Assembly (NCBI GenBank): GCA_963793425.1
Contig: CAWCAG010000009.1
Location: 384,001-448,000 of the forward strand
Direction of reading: 5' to 3'
Length of the DNA stretch: 64,000 bases
Origin: an uncultured cyanobacterium
GTDB taxonomy: Bacteria; Cyanobacteriota; Cyanobacteriia; Cyanobacteriales; CAWCAG01
A program made the translations under genes and the position numbers. This document shows positions 9,135 through 18,610 of the stretch, piece after piece; position 1 is the stretch's first letter, and the number at the start of each line of letters is the position of its first letter. Under the pieces are notes generated by a model, which saw only the letters and a program-made list of their open reading frames with translations, searched no databases and was not told where the DNA came from.

Positions 9135-10589
9135 TTAACCTCTTTTATCTTGGTTTAAGTCGTCATTAACTGTTTCTGAAGGCATTTGTTGCTCCTTTGA
9201 CTCTTCAACATTAAGGTTAGAGTAAGGCTCTAGTTCTTCAATAGAAAACTCATCCCAATCTTCCTCAAATTCTGAATCTAATACAGAAGCCTCATCGTAA
9301 GAAACAGCAAAGGTATTAATGGTTTGTTCTTCTTCTTCCCAATCATCATTATCTTCTAAATCTAGGGAGTCAAGGTTAGGAATAATTGGTGTTTGGTAAC
9401 TTGTTTCAGTCGAAGATGTTGAAGAGTTTGTTGTAACTAATTCTTCAGGTATTGAGCTTGGTTCTTCTTCTAACCAATCTCCCCAATCTTCATCATTATC
9501 TTCTGTTAAAGACTCAGATTCAAAAACATTTGCTTTTGCTTCTGTGGCAAAAGAATCTTCCTCTTCTTCATTTTCTACTACTTGTTGGATCACCCTAGTA
9601 GATTCTGCTTCAACGTTTTCTGTTCCGGTAGCAAAAAAAACTTCCTCTTCTTCATTCTCTACAACCTGTTGAATTTCTGTAGTAGCTTCTGCCTCTAATT
9701 CAATTTCTACTTCTTCTTCTAAACCAACCAACGTTTGTGGCAACGTTGTTTCTTCTTCTGCTAAATAATCTCCCCAATCTTCTTCCTCTTCTGGATCAAT
9801 ATCTAAATCATCTAAACTCAAAATACTCTGTTCTGTATCTTCATCTTCCCAAGTTTCATCTTCCCATTCCGAATCAATAGCAGCAGGAAATTCCGCCTTT
9901 GCTTCTTCCCAGTCTTCTATCTCTAAATCAGTAGCTGGCATTTCTGGAGTCGGTGTCAATAAATCGCTTCCCGAAGCTTCTATGACTAACTCCGTTTCTG
10001 AATTAGGTTTAAAGGAAATGCCCTCTGAAGTTTCTTGATTAGGGACAGATGTAAAAATATCTAAAACAGAATCATCCCAGTCATCATCTACTTCTGGCTC
10101 TTCTGATTCTACCTCTAAGATGGTAGCAGGAGGAGAAACTACTTTTATTTCCGGTTTACGAGAAACTGTAGAACTAAATAAATCTAGTAAAGCTTCTTGA
10201 GAAAGTGCTTGATCCCCTTGATGTTTTTGGATTGCCTGTAATAGCTGAAATAGTTTTTGTAAGCTTTTAATATTATCTCTAATAGTTTTATGGCCTTGCA
10301 GTACCTGTTCGAGATGAAACCGTTTCAAGGCTTTATGGGTGGAATCACCAACGAATTGTTCCCCCACTTCATTTTTGATTTTGCCCTCAACCAAATTAAT
10401 TTGACTACGCAGACTTTCTCCTGGCTTCTCTTGGTTAGCTAACTCCGAGGTTTTAGCTTCTGAGGTTACCCAAGTGGTGATGTTCAATTCTACAGCATTG
10501 CTCATTGCCATCACGAGGGCATCACCTAGGTTGCCCGCCTTAATCGCCTCTCTTAAATTATCCCTTGAGGTCATATCATCATCTTCCAA
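9135..10589 (-). CDS. hypothetical protein: conserved N-terminal domain plus long acidic disordered tail
   Basis: N-terminus is paralogous to 10617-11033; E/D-rich tail with repeated DW/EW. Confidence 0.75.
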   Translation of the reverse strand: MEDDDMTSRDNLREAIKAGNLGDALVMAMSNAVELNITTWVTSEAKTSELANQEKPGESLRSQINLVEGKIKNEVGEQFVGDSTHKALKRFHLEQVLQGHKTIRDNIKSLQKLFQLLQAIQKHQGDQALSQEALLDLFSSTVSRKPEIKVVSPPATILEVESEEPEVDDDWDDSVLDIFTSVPNQETSEGISFKPNSETELVIEASGSDLLTPTPEMPATDLEIEDWEEAKAEFPAAIDSEWEDETWEDEDTEQSILSLDDLDIDPEEEEDWGDYLAEEETTLPQTLVGLEEEVEIELEAEATTEIQQVVENEEEEVFFATGTENVEAESTRVIQQVVENEEEEDSFATEAKANVFESESLTEDNDEDWGDWLEEEPSSIPEELVTTNSSTSSTETSYQTPIIPNLDSLDLEDNDDWEEEEQTINTFAVSYDEASVLDSEFEEDWDEFSIEELEPYSNLNVEESKEQQMPSETVNDDLNQDKRG

Positions 10590-10616
10590 CCATAGGAAAC
10601 TTTATACTATCTTCCC

Positions 10617-11033
10617 TTAAGGTAGCTTATCAGAATGCTCTCCTGAATTCAGAAGAGCTAAACTTTCTGAATCGGAAGTTTCAGAAGTTGCGATCGCCAG
10701 GGCAAGATAAATTTCCTGTAAGCTTTCTAAGTTTTGTTGCATAATCTGCCTTCCTTCTTTAACCTGCTGGAGATGAAATTCTTCTAATTCCTGGTAATGC
10801 CCCTTTGCTAAAAATTGTTTACCTATTTCATTTTCAATAGCAGCATCAAGAAGATTGATGCGAGTATGGAGACAGTTTTCTGGTGGAGGAGAAGTTAGAG
10901 AAGTTTGATGATTTTGTTGAGAAGATACCCAAGTAATAATTTCTAACTCAGTGGCTTCATTAGCGGCAATGGCTAATGCTTCAGCAAAATTTCCCCCTTG
11001 AAGTTGTTTCTGAAATTCCTCACTCGCCCCCAT
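10617..11033 (-). CDS. hypothetical protein (single shared domain)
   Basis: 138-aa ORF with a GGAGG RBS upstream; ELEIITWV and LHTRINLL motifs. Confidence 0.75.
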   Translation of the reverse strand: MGASEEFQKQLQGGNFAEALAIAANEATELEIITWVSSQQNHQTSLTSPPPENCLHTRINLLDAAIENEIGKQFLAKGHYQELEEFHLQQVKEGRQIMQQNLESLQEIYLALAIATSETSDSESLALLNSGEHSDKLP

Positions 11034-11125
11034 TTAAGAACCTCCCCAAACTAAGTATGGCAATATGGGTTAAATTCTAACTCTTAACCGTAGGGCTTGC
11101 CGTTACCCCAGGCTTAACTAAACAA

Positions 11126-11644
11126 ATGACAAATTGGTATAGAGACTGTACTCCAGAGCAGAAGAGGGCATGGTATGGCGGAGTAGCCGAAGCCTACGAC
11201 AAAACTAGACCTGCCTATCCTCCTCAACTAATTAATCGTGCGATAGAATTAACTTTACTTCCTGATGATGCCAAAATACTAGAAATAGGTTGTGGTCCGG
11301 GAACGGCAACAAAAGATTTTGCTAAACGAGGTTACTCTTTGGTTGCTGTGGAACCGAGTCCGAAAGCTTGTCAGCTAGCGAGACAAAACTGCCTGAACTA
11401 TCCCCAAGTAGAGATTATTAATACTACTTTTGAAGAATACCCCCTACAACCTCAAACATTTGCTGCTGTTCTTGCCGCAACTTCTTTCCATTGGGTTTCG
11501 CCAGAAATAGTCTATCAAAAAGCGGCTACGGCATTAAAAGCAGGTGGGTTTTTGATTTTACTTTGGAATACACCACCACAACCAAGTCAGGAAATATATC
11601 AACAATTTCTCCAGAGCATTTATCAAGATATCACTAACCATTAA
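11126..11644 (+). CDS. class I SAM-dependent methyltransferase, probably C-terminally truncated
   Basis: ILEIGCGPG, AVEPS and ATSFHWV motifs; the ORF ends shortly after LLWN. Confidence 0.75.
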   Translation: MTNWYRDCTPEQKRAWYGGVAEAYDKTRPAYPPQLINRAIELTLLPDDAKILEIGCGPGTATKDFAKRGYSLVAVEPSPKACQLARQNCLNYPQVEIINTTFEEYPLQPQTFAAVLAATSFHWVSPEIVYQKAATALKAGGFLILLWNTPPQPSQEIYQQFLQSIYQDITNH

Positions 11645-11652
11645 CAAATACA

Positions 11653-12948
11653 ATGTCAATATTTACTTCAATTCTAGAGTGGCTGCTCTGGATTATTTTA
11701 GCATTAGCCGTAATTATTATAGTAAGTCTTTATATCAGAGGAGCTTTCCGTGATCCGGTAAAATATACAGTTAAAAATGCTCCTCATCCAGGAGAACCTC
11801 GCTTTACTCTTACCTTAGCAAGCATCTCCAACTCCTTAACTAGTTCTGGTATCACCACAGACTTCTGGGCTGAACCGGATCAGATTCAAAATGCCCGCTT
11901 AGAAGCTATTAAAAGCGCCCAACATAGCATCCATTTTGAAACATTTTTCATGACTCCGGGGCGACGTGCTAATGATTTTGCTGCGGCGATCGCCGAACGT
12001 GCAGCAGCCGGAGTTGAGGTACAGTTAGTTGTTGATAGTCATGGAACCCACACCCTACCCAAGCGTTATTGGCAGCGTTTGCGTAAAGCAGGAGTGCAAG
12101 TTGTCTTTTTCAATAAATTTGATCCCAAAGCCCCTGCTAACTACGCAGGAAGAACTCACCGCAAACTATTACTTATTGATGGTGAATATGCCTTGATTGG
12201 CGGGGCTGGAATTTCTGACTATTGGGATGGTATGGAGAAATTTGGTGATACTGAACCTTGGTTAGATGTAGAGATGCGTTTGCGAGGGGAAATAGTTGCC
12301 GTATTAGAAGGAATATTTATGAGTCACTGGACTTATAGTGGTGGTACGGCGGATCTTGATGCTAAAGTGCTTAAGCCTTATCCGGCTGATAACCTAACCA
12401 TCTTAATAACCTTGGGAGACAATCCCACCTATCGTTCTTCCCCCATCAAAGCCCTCAAACAAAATAGTATCATCTGCGCCCGCCAAAGGATTTGGTTAGC
12501 TAGTCCTTATTTTCTACCTGACACTAATTCCATTGAACTCCTCAAAGCAGCTAAAAAATTAGGTTTAGATGTACGCATACTAACTACCAGTTCCCGTTGC
12601 GACAAAAAGTATGTCTACTACGCTTCCTACGAACTATTCGGCAAACTCCTCAAAGCTGGTATAGAGGTTTACGAATACCAACCAAGTATGATTCATGCCA
12701 AAATGATGCTTATAGATGACTATTGGGTGAATACAGGCAGTGCTAATTTCGATCCTCGCAGTTTCTATCACAATGAAGAACTTGATATTTCTACTAGTGA
12801 CCCAAAATTGGTTGAAAATGTTGAGCAAGTTTTTGAGAAAGCTTTCACAAAAAGCAGGCGTGTAACCTTAGAAGAATGGCGCAAGCGTTCTTTTATCAGA
12901 AACCGTATCATTGGTAATTTAGTGGGTTTCTTTCAATGGCAATTATGA
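11653..12948 (+). CDS. cardiolipin-synthase-like phospholipase D family protein
   Basis: Two HKD motifs (HRKLLLID, HAKMMLID), SPYF, GSANFD and an N-terminal TM helix. Confidence 0.85.
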   Translation: MSIFTSILEWLLWIILALAVIIIVSLYIRGAFRDPVKYTVKNAPHPGEPRFTLTLASISNSLTSSGITTDFWAEPDQIQNARLEAIKSAQHSIHFETFFMTPGRRANDFAAAIAERAAAGVEVQLVVDSHGTHTLPKRYWQRLRKAGVQVVFFNKFDPKAPANYAGRTHRKLLLIDGEYALIGGAGISDYWDGMEKFGDTEPWLDVEMRLRGEIVAVLEGIFMSHWTYSGGTADLDAKVLKPYPADNLTILITLGDNPTYRSSPIKALKQNSIICARQRIWLASPYFLPDTNSIELLKAAKKLGLDVRILTTSSRCDKKYVYYASYELFGKLLKAGIEVYEYQPSMIHAKMMLIDDYWVNTGSANFDPRSFYHNEELDISTSDPKLVENVEQVFEKAFTKSRRVTLEEWRKRSFIRNRIIGNLVGFFQWQL

Positions 12949-13060
12949 TTATTTCTCATCAACAAACTTTAGATTTAACAATGCCGGAAAGTAGATAAAA
13001 AAACAGGTAGTCAAAAATTAACCCATTCTCTTAATAGCTAAATATTTAGATTCAGAACTT

Positions 13061-14077
13061 ATGTCCCAAAATCATCGACATTTTTCTTTTCTGACTGCAA
13101 TTACTATTAGTCTTAGCTTGACTTCTTTAACAGCAAGCTGCACTTTAACTGAATTTCCTGAATTTCCTGAAGTACCAATCACTAACCCTGCCTCAACCGG
13201 GGTGTTAAGTAGTGACTACTCCCCCATGGACCAAAATTGGTCTGCCGCAGAACAAGCTATCTTAGCAGAACATAATCAAGTCAGGCAAAATCCTCAAAGC
13301 TACATCCCTTTAATGGAAGCTTGGTTAGATAGTTTTACTAACGAAAGCATTGTCAAAAATGGTGTTAGTCCTGGGGTAGACTTAATTACCAAAGAAGGTA
13401 AAGCTGCTGTACTAGAAGCCATTGAATACCTACGCCAGCAACCTCCTGTGGGGCCACTACAACCTTCTATCGGTTTAGCCAATTCAGCAGCAGATCATCT
13501 TGAAGACCAAAGTCAGACAGGAAAAACTGGTCATGATGGGTCAGACGGTAGTGATCCTGCAACGAGAATGAAGCGTTACGGCTTACCTTTCTTTAGTGGT
13601 GAGAATATCGCCTATGGTCCCACAACGGCCCAGCAGGTAGTTATGCAACTGATTATCGACGACGATGTTCCTGATCGTGGCCACAGAACTAATATTTTTA
13701 CACCTGAATTTAAGGTTGCTGGAGTAGCCTGCGGCTCTCACTTGACTTTTCGGACTATGTGTGTAATCAATTATGCTCAGGGATATTTAGAAGACCCTAA
13801 CACTCAAGTATCGGATCTAGTTTTCAAAGTTAGTAATCAAAGTGATTTTGATATTACTGAGATTTATCTTACTTCTGTTAGTGAAAGCGATTGGGAAAAC
13901 AGGTGGTCACAACCTCTAGGAAACAACTATACCGGTACTTATAGCCATTCTGCTTTAATTAGAGGAAACTCTCAAGTTTGTGAATTCAATATTCGTGCTG
14001 TCATGGCTACAGGGGAAGAAAAGGTAGCTAACAACATTAATCTTTGTGAGGAAGTTTATACCTTATCTGTACCTTAA
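13061..14077 (+). CDS. CAP (SCP) domain lipoprotein with an extra C-terminal domain
   Basis: Lipobox-like [27 protein letters not shown] and CVINYA. Confidence 0.85.
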   Translation: MSQNHRHFSFLTAITISLSLTSLTASCTLTEFPEFPEVPITNPASTGVLSSDYSPMDQNWSAAEQAILAEHNQVRQNPQSYIPLMEAWLDSFTNESIVKNGVSPGVDLITKEGKAAVLEAIEYLRQQPPVGPLQPSIGLANSAADHLEDQSQTGKTGHDGSDGSDPATRMKRYGLPFFSGENIAYGPTTAQQVVMQLIIDDDVPDRGHRTNIFTPEFKVAGVACGSHLTFRTMCVINYAQGYLEDPNTQVSDLVFKVSNQSDFDITEIYLTSVSESDWENRWSQPLGNNYTGTYSHSALIRGNSQVCEFNIRAVMATGEEKVANNINLCEEVYTLSVP

Positions 14078-14083
14078 AACTTG

Positions 14084-14149
14084 AGACTCACCAGAAAGCA
14101 TCACGGCATCGGTTCCATCGATAATAGCATTAGCAACATCAAAGGTTTC
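14084..14149 (-). pseudogene. 66-bp pyruvate kinase gene fragment
   Basis: Minus strand reads [22 protein letters not shown], a conserved pyruvate kinase segment; no flanking ORF. Confidence 0.75.
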
Positions 14150-14373
14150 ATGGTTACTCTAAGTTCAATTTGCGATCACTAATCCCCTAATTAGTTAAGC
14201 ATTTAATCAAAATCAAGATTGTATTGAGAAAAACCTTCCCTCAAGATAATAACCTGCTGGTATTGGGAAAGTTAAGCAAATCAGTAAAAACCCCCTTTTC
14301 TATAGTGACAAATAATTGCTATAAAAGTCTTATATTTTATTCGTATAAAAAACTTTTTCTTAACAAAACTTCC

Positions 14374-15150
14374 ATGAAGATTATTAAACAAACTACTCAG
14401 CAATTAAAGATAAGTGATTCGATTTCCTCTCTATTATTCGACTTATTGTGGGGGGTAACATTCAGCAGCTTACCCCTGGTAATAGGGTGGCTGGCAATGA
14501 ACAACTCTGGAGTAACTAACCTCAATTGTCAACGTGTCCAGTCAGCCCAAGTAAACTGCCACCTAACAAGTTCAAAGTTGATGGGCTTAACCACCGCAGA
14601 AAATCGCGTTTTAAGCGGGGTGAAAGGGACAGTCCTCGAAGCAAAAAGTCGTGAAAACAAGCAAAAAGAAGGTAAGTTTTTTTTAGTCGCAGACCAAGGT
14701 AAAGTTCCTGTAAAGATTGAGCAGATTGATGCACGCAAAGTTAATAGTTTAATCGCTAGTCATCAAAAAGGTCTTTTGAAAATAAAACATGACGATCGCC
14801 TCTTCTTGGTAGCTTTTATTCCCTTAGCGGCAATTTTTGTGGCTATTAATTTACAGCATCTTCTGACTCTAAAAATTTATTCTTGTAATTTTGATCTTAC
14901 TTCAAGAAAATTAGTATTTCACGATCGAAACATAATTAGTAAAGACTATCAAGAATATGCTCTAGAAGATATACTCAACATCACATTAACAAGAGAGATA
15001 GATTCTAGAGGGGATAACTTATATCAAGCAAAATTAATTTTAGCAACAGGGGATAGCTTACCTTTATCTTCTCCAAGTATTGACCCTATTAATGCTCAAA
15101 AAATTGTCGATAAAGTGAGCAGTTTTCTCAAACCCTTAAGGGATATTTAA
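14374..15150 (+). CDS. hypothetical membrane protein
   Basis: ATG at 14374 (MKIIKQTT); two TM segments; a Cys pair in LNCQR...VNC. Confidence 0.7.
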   Translation: MKIIKQTTQQLKISDSISSLLFDLLWGVTFSSLPLVIGWLAMNNSGVTNLNCQRVQSAQVNCHLTSSKLMGLTTAENRVLSGVKGTVLEAKSRENKQKEGKFFLVADQGKVPVKIEQIDARKVNSLIASHQKGLLKIKHDDRLFLVAFIPLAAIFVAINLQHLLTLKIYSCNFDLTSRKLVFHDRNIISKDYQEYALEDILNITLTREIDSRGDNLYQAKLILATGDSLPLSSPSIDPINAQKIVDKVSSFLKPLRDI

Positions 15151-15194
15151 TAAATTCATCCGAGTATTAGTAGCTTGTAAAAAATCTGTTCAGA

Positions 15195-16364
15195 ATGAAA
15201 ACAAAAGTAATCGGCTTAATAAGTGGTACTTCCGTAGATGGAATTGATGCTGCTTTGGTAGAAATTTCTGGCTTAGATTTAGACCTTGAAGTTAACTTAT
15301 TAGCTGGAGAAACTTACCCCTATCCAGCTAGTTTAAGAGAACAGATTCTCGCCGTTTGTGCTGGAGAAAAGCTATCTGTAGAAGAGTTAGCGAAATTAGA
15401 TGACGAAATTGCCACTCAATTTGCCCAAGCAGCCCAAAAGATTCAAGGTAAAAGCAAAACTGCTGATTTAATTGGTTCCCACGGGCAAACTATCTTCCAT
15501 CGCCCCCCCAACAGAGAACAAGCTACCCTTGGTTACAGCTTACAAATTGGTAGGGGAAGTGTAATTGCCAATTTTACAGGCATCCCCACCGTTAGCAACT
15601 TCCGGGTAGCAGACATCGCTGCGGGAGGAGAAGGTGCGCCCCTTGTTTCTAAGGTAGATGCCTGTTTGCTAAGTCATCAAGCCCAGTATAGATGCGTTCA
15701 GAACTTAGGAGGCATTGGTAACGTAACTTACCTGCCAGCCCGCCAGGAAGCCAACTGGCTGGAGCAAGTTTGTGGTTGGGATACAGGACCAGGAAATGCT
15801 TTACTAGATTTAGCTGTACAAAGGTTAACCAAAGGCGCTCAAAGTTACGATGATAATGGTAACTGGGCTGCAAAGGGGCAACCTTGTCAAGAGTTAGTTA
15901 ATGATTGGTTACAAGAAGAGTTCTTTTGGCAACCTCCTCCTAAATCTACAGGGAGAGAACTGTTTAGCCCCTCTTACCTGGAAAAATGTTGGCAAGATGC
16001 CCAAGCTAAACAGTTACCAGATGAAGACTGGTTAGCCACCTTGACGGAATTAACCGTAGCTTCGGTAGTTCATAGTTACCAGAACTTTCTCCCCAGAATG
16101 CCAGACGAAATATTACTTTGCGGAGGAGGTTCTCGCAACAGCTATCTCAAGAATCGCCTAGCCCATAAGCTAAAACCGATCACCGTCACCACAACCGAAG
16201 AAGCAGGAATCAGCACAGATTTCAAAGAAGCGATCGCCTTCGCTGTCCTGGCTTACTGGCGCTCTCAAAACTCCTTTCCAGGTAATTTACCCCAAGTTAC
16301 AGGGGCTAATCAACCGATGTTATTGGGGGAAATCAACCTTCCTCTCTATTCCCAAATGTTATAA
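15195..16364 (+). CDS. anmK: anhydro-N-acetylmuramic acid kinase
   Basis: [38 protein letters not shown] and KEAIAFA. Confidence 0.95.
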   Translation: MKTKVIGLISGTSVDGIDAALVEISGLDLDLEVNLLAGETYPYPASLREQILAVCAGEKLSVEELAKLDDEIATQFAQAAQKIQGKSKTADLIGSHGQTIFHRPPNREQATLGYSLQIGRGSVIANFTGIPTVSNFRVADIAAGGEGAPLVSKVDACLLSHQAQYRCVQNLGGIGNVTYLPARQEANWLEQVCGWDTGPGNALLDLAVQRLTKGAQSYDDNGNWAAKGQPCQELVNDWLQEEFFWQPPPKSTGRELFSPSYLEKCWQDAQAKQLPDEDWLATLTELTVASVVHSYQNFLPRMPDEILLCGGGSRNSYLKNRLAHKLKPITVTTTEEAGISTDFKEAIAFAVLAYWRSQNSFPGNLPQVTGANQPMLLGEINLPLYSQML

Positions 16365-16512
16365 GCTCACAAAGAGTAATCTGTCCTCTAATTCAAGTGT
16401 AGTTATACTTGAACATACTGAAACTTTTTTTTCTCTCCCTCATTAATCGAAGGATAGTTAAACTTGTTTTCAGGAACGGTGGCACAAAGATCGTCAATAA
16501 TGGATACAAGCT

Positions 16513-16956
16513 GTGGGTCACACCTTTTTAATGGAGCCAGGACGGTGGACACTCCAGGGAAATTGGCTGGAGACTGAGGGAATGCCGATTGCGGTCAAAG
16601 GTAGAACAATAGTTGCTTGGGGTCAGGATAACTGGTTCACCATGGTAACAAAATTAGTTTTTCCTGATAGCGATCGCGAGGGCATCTCTTTCCAATATCG
16701 AGGACGTTTGGATGGAGGATCAAGACAATATACCTATGTACTACAGCAAAGTCTTTTGGGTCGTATTGAAGGGGAAGGCTGGATTTGCCCTGAATCTGTA
16801 GTACAGCGTTACTGGGTATTAAACGACAACAAGCGGCGTAGCGGCTTTGAAACTTTTTACCGACTTAACAACAATACTTATCATCTCACCAGTAGTATTT
16901 TAGTAGGTCACAGTCTAAGTAGCACGATGGAAGCTACCCTAGAAAGACAGACTTGA
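16513..16956 (+). CDS. hypothetical protein upstream of spkA
   Basis: 147-aa ORF with GTG start and beta-strand-like pattern; co-oriented with the kinase. Confidence 0.75.
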   Translation: MGHTFLMEPGRWTLQGNWLETEGMPIAVKGRTIVAWGQDNWFTMVTKLVFPDSDREGISFQYRGRLDGGSRQYTYVLQQSLLGRIEGEGWICPESVVQRYWVLNDNKRRSGFETFYRLNNNTYHLTSSILVGHSLSSTMEATLERQT

Positions 16957-17035
16957 AAAGTTCCAAGGTTTACTCGCAACTTCATTATCACCCCTTACCC
17001 CTTGCCCTTGTGACATTGCGATCGGAGTTTAATTT

Positions 17036-18532
17036 ATGACGAAAGACACCAATCAAGGTCGCCGACTCTCTAACCGCTATCAACTTGTCGAGATGGTAGG
17101 TAAAGGGGCGATGGGTCGAGTTTATCTAGCAGAAGACAATTTGCTTGGTGGTGTGGCTGTTGCGGTTAAATTTCTCTCCCAAGCTTTGCTGAACAAAAAA
17201 ATGAAGGAACGCTTCTTAAGGGAAGCAAAAATCTCTGCTTTGCTAGCAGAAAAAACTATTCATATTGTTCGTGTTCGAGATTATGGGGTTGATGAAGACG
17301 AAATTCCTTTCTATGTTATGGAATTTCTCCAAGGAGACAGCATAAGTGAACTAATTAAGGTTCAGCCTTTTACTCTACCAAGATTCTTAAAATTAGCACG
17401 ACAAATTTGTTTGGGTTTGCAGCCTGCTCATCAAGGGATTATTTTTGATAAAGAGCAGGTACAAATTATTCATCGAGATATTAAACCTAGCAATGTTTTA
17501 GTGGTTCAAGATAGTACTTTAGGAGAGTTAGTTAAGATTCTCGATTTTGGCATCGCGAAGCTGATCCAATCTGGTGGGGCCCAAACCCAATCTTTTATGG
17601 GTACTCTAGCTTATTGTTCCCCCGAACAAATGGAAGGTAAAGAACTAGATAATCGTTCCGATATTTATAGTTTGGGGATAATGATGTACGAAATGCTAAC
17701 GGGGGATATGCCCATCACCCCAGAAACCCATAGTTTCGGCGGTTGGTACAAAGCCCATCATCACAATACCCCAAAACCCTTTAAGACCAATGTAAAAATT
17801 CCTTCAGCCCTAGGAGAATTAATTCTTAGTTGTTTAGCTAAAGACCCCAGAAAGCGTCCTCAAACCGTAGGAGATATTTTACAGTCCCTAGAACCTTTAG
17901 AAAAACGCTTCAGTAATAATCTTAAACTTGGTCAGCGCATTGATGCGACCTTATCTGGGGTCAAAATTGAGACTCCCCTCTCACCAGAAGATATCTGTTT
18001 GCGTACAAATTGGCCAGAAGACAAACCTAATAAAAAAATAGTTTTCCCCCGTCTTATTCGCACAGAGTCTGAAGTCTTGGTTACTCTTTGGGTAATGTTA
18101 GAGCAGCAGGATATTAATAATCGCCTCTTTAGTACTCGCTACAATCAATTTCTCTGTTTAATGGCTCCTCATCCCATGTTGCTATGGATTAGCGTCCTTT
18201 ACAACCATAACTATGGTCCCCGTTGGTTGCGCTGCTATCTTGATCTTAAAACAGCTAATGGTCAGAAAATAGCTCGTTTGTTGGGTAAAGCAGGTCACTA
18301 TCGCATTCTCTTTTTCGCCTTAGAAGACTATCAACATTGTAAGAGGGTGATGAAATTCACCATTGACCCCAACCAATGCCAAAGGTTAATTGATTGGGCT
18401 AATGCCAGTCATACCGTAAGATCCGCAGCACAACCTAATATTAGTAGACAGGCTTTGCAAAAAGAGTTTGAGAGATTTAAACCAAAGATACAGCTTAAGC
18501 TAGAATCTATTCAAACTAATCCTAATCTTTGA
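17036..18532 (+). CDS. spkA: Ser/Thr protein kinase SpkA
   Basis: VGKGAMG, VAVK, HRDIKPSN, DFG and SPE motifs; the C-terminal WPEDKP..KIVFP / PHPMLLW / GPRWL domain matches Synechocystis SpkA as I recall it. Confidence 0.85.
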   Translation: MTKDTNQGRRLSNRYQLVEMVGKGAMGRVYLAEDNLLGGVAVAVKFLSQALLNKKMKERFLREAKISALLAEKTIHIVRVRDYGVDEDEIPFYVMEFLQGDSISELIKVQPFTLPRFLKLARQICLGLQPAHQGIIFDKEQVQIIHRDIKPSNVLVVQDSTLGELVKILDFGIAKLIQSGGAQTQSFMGTLAYCSPEQMEGKELDNRSDIYSLGIMMYEMLTGDMPITPETHSFGGWYKAHHHNTPKPFKTNVKIPSALGELILSCLAKDPRKRPQTVGDILQSLEPLEKRFSNNLKLGQRIDATLSGVKIETPLSPEDICLRTNWPEDKPNKKIVFPRLIRTESEVLVTLWVMLEQQDINNRLFSTRYNQFLCLMAPHPMLLWISVLYNHNYGPRWLRCYLDLKTANGQKIARLLGKAGHYRILFFALEDYQHCKRVMKFTIDPNQCQRLIDWANASHTVRSAAQPNISRQALQKEFERFKPKIQLKLESIQTNPNL

Positions 18533-18610
18533 GGTAATGGCTAATTGCTAGTTGCTAGTTGCTAGTTGCTCAGTGATAAATGTTTAATAATAAATGATAA
18601 ATGAAATGGT

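Noticed and set aside
11107..11119. CCCAGGCTTAACT shared with 44112-44124
   Set aside because: Only 13 bp in two places; it may be a repeat remnant but cannot be supported further.
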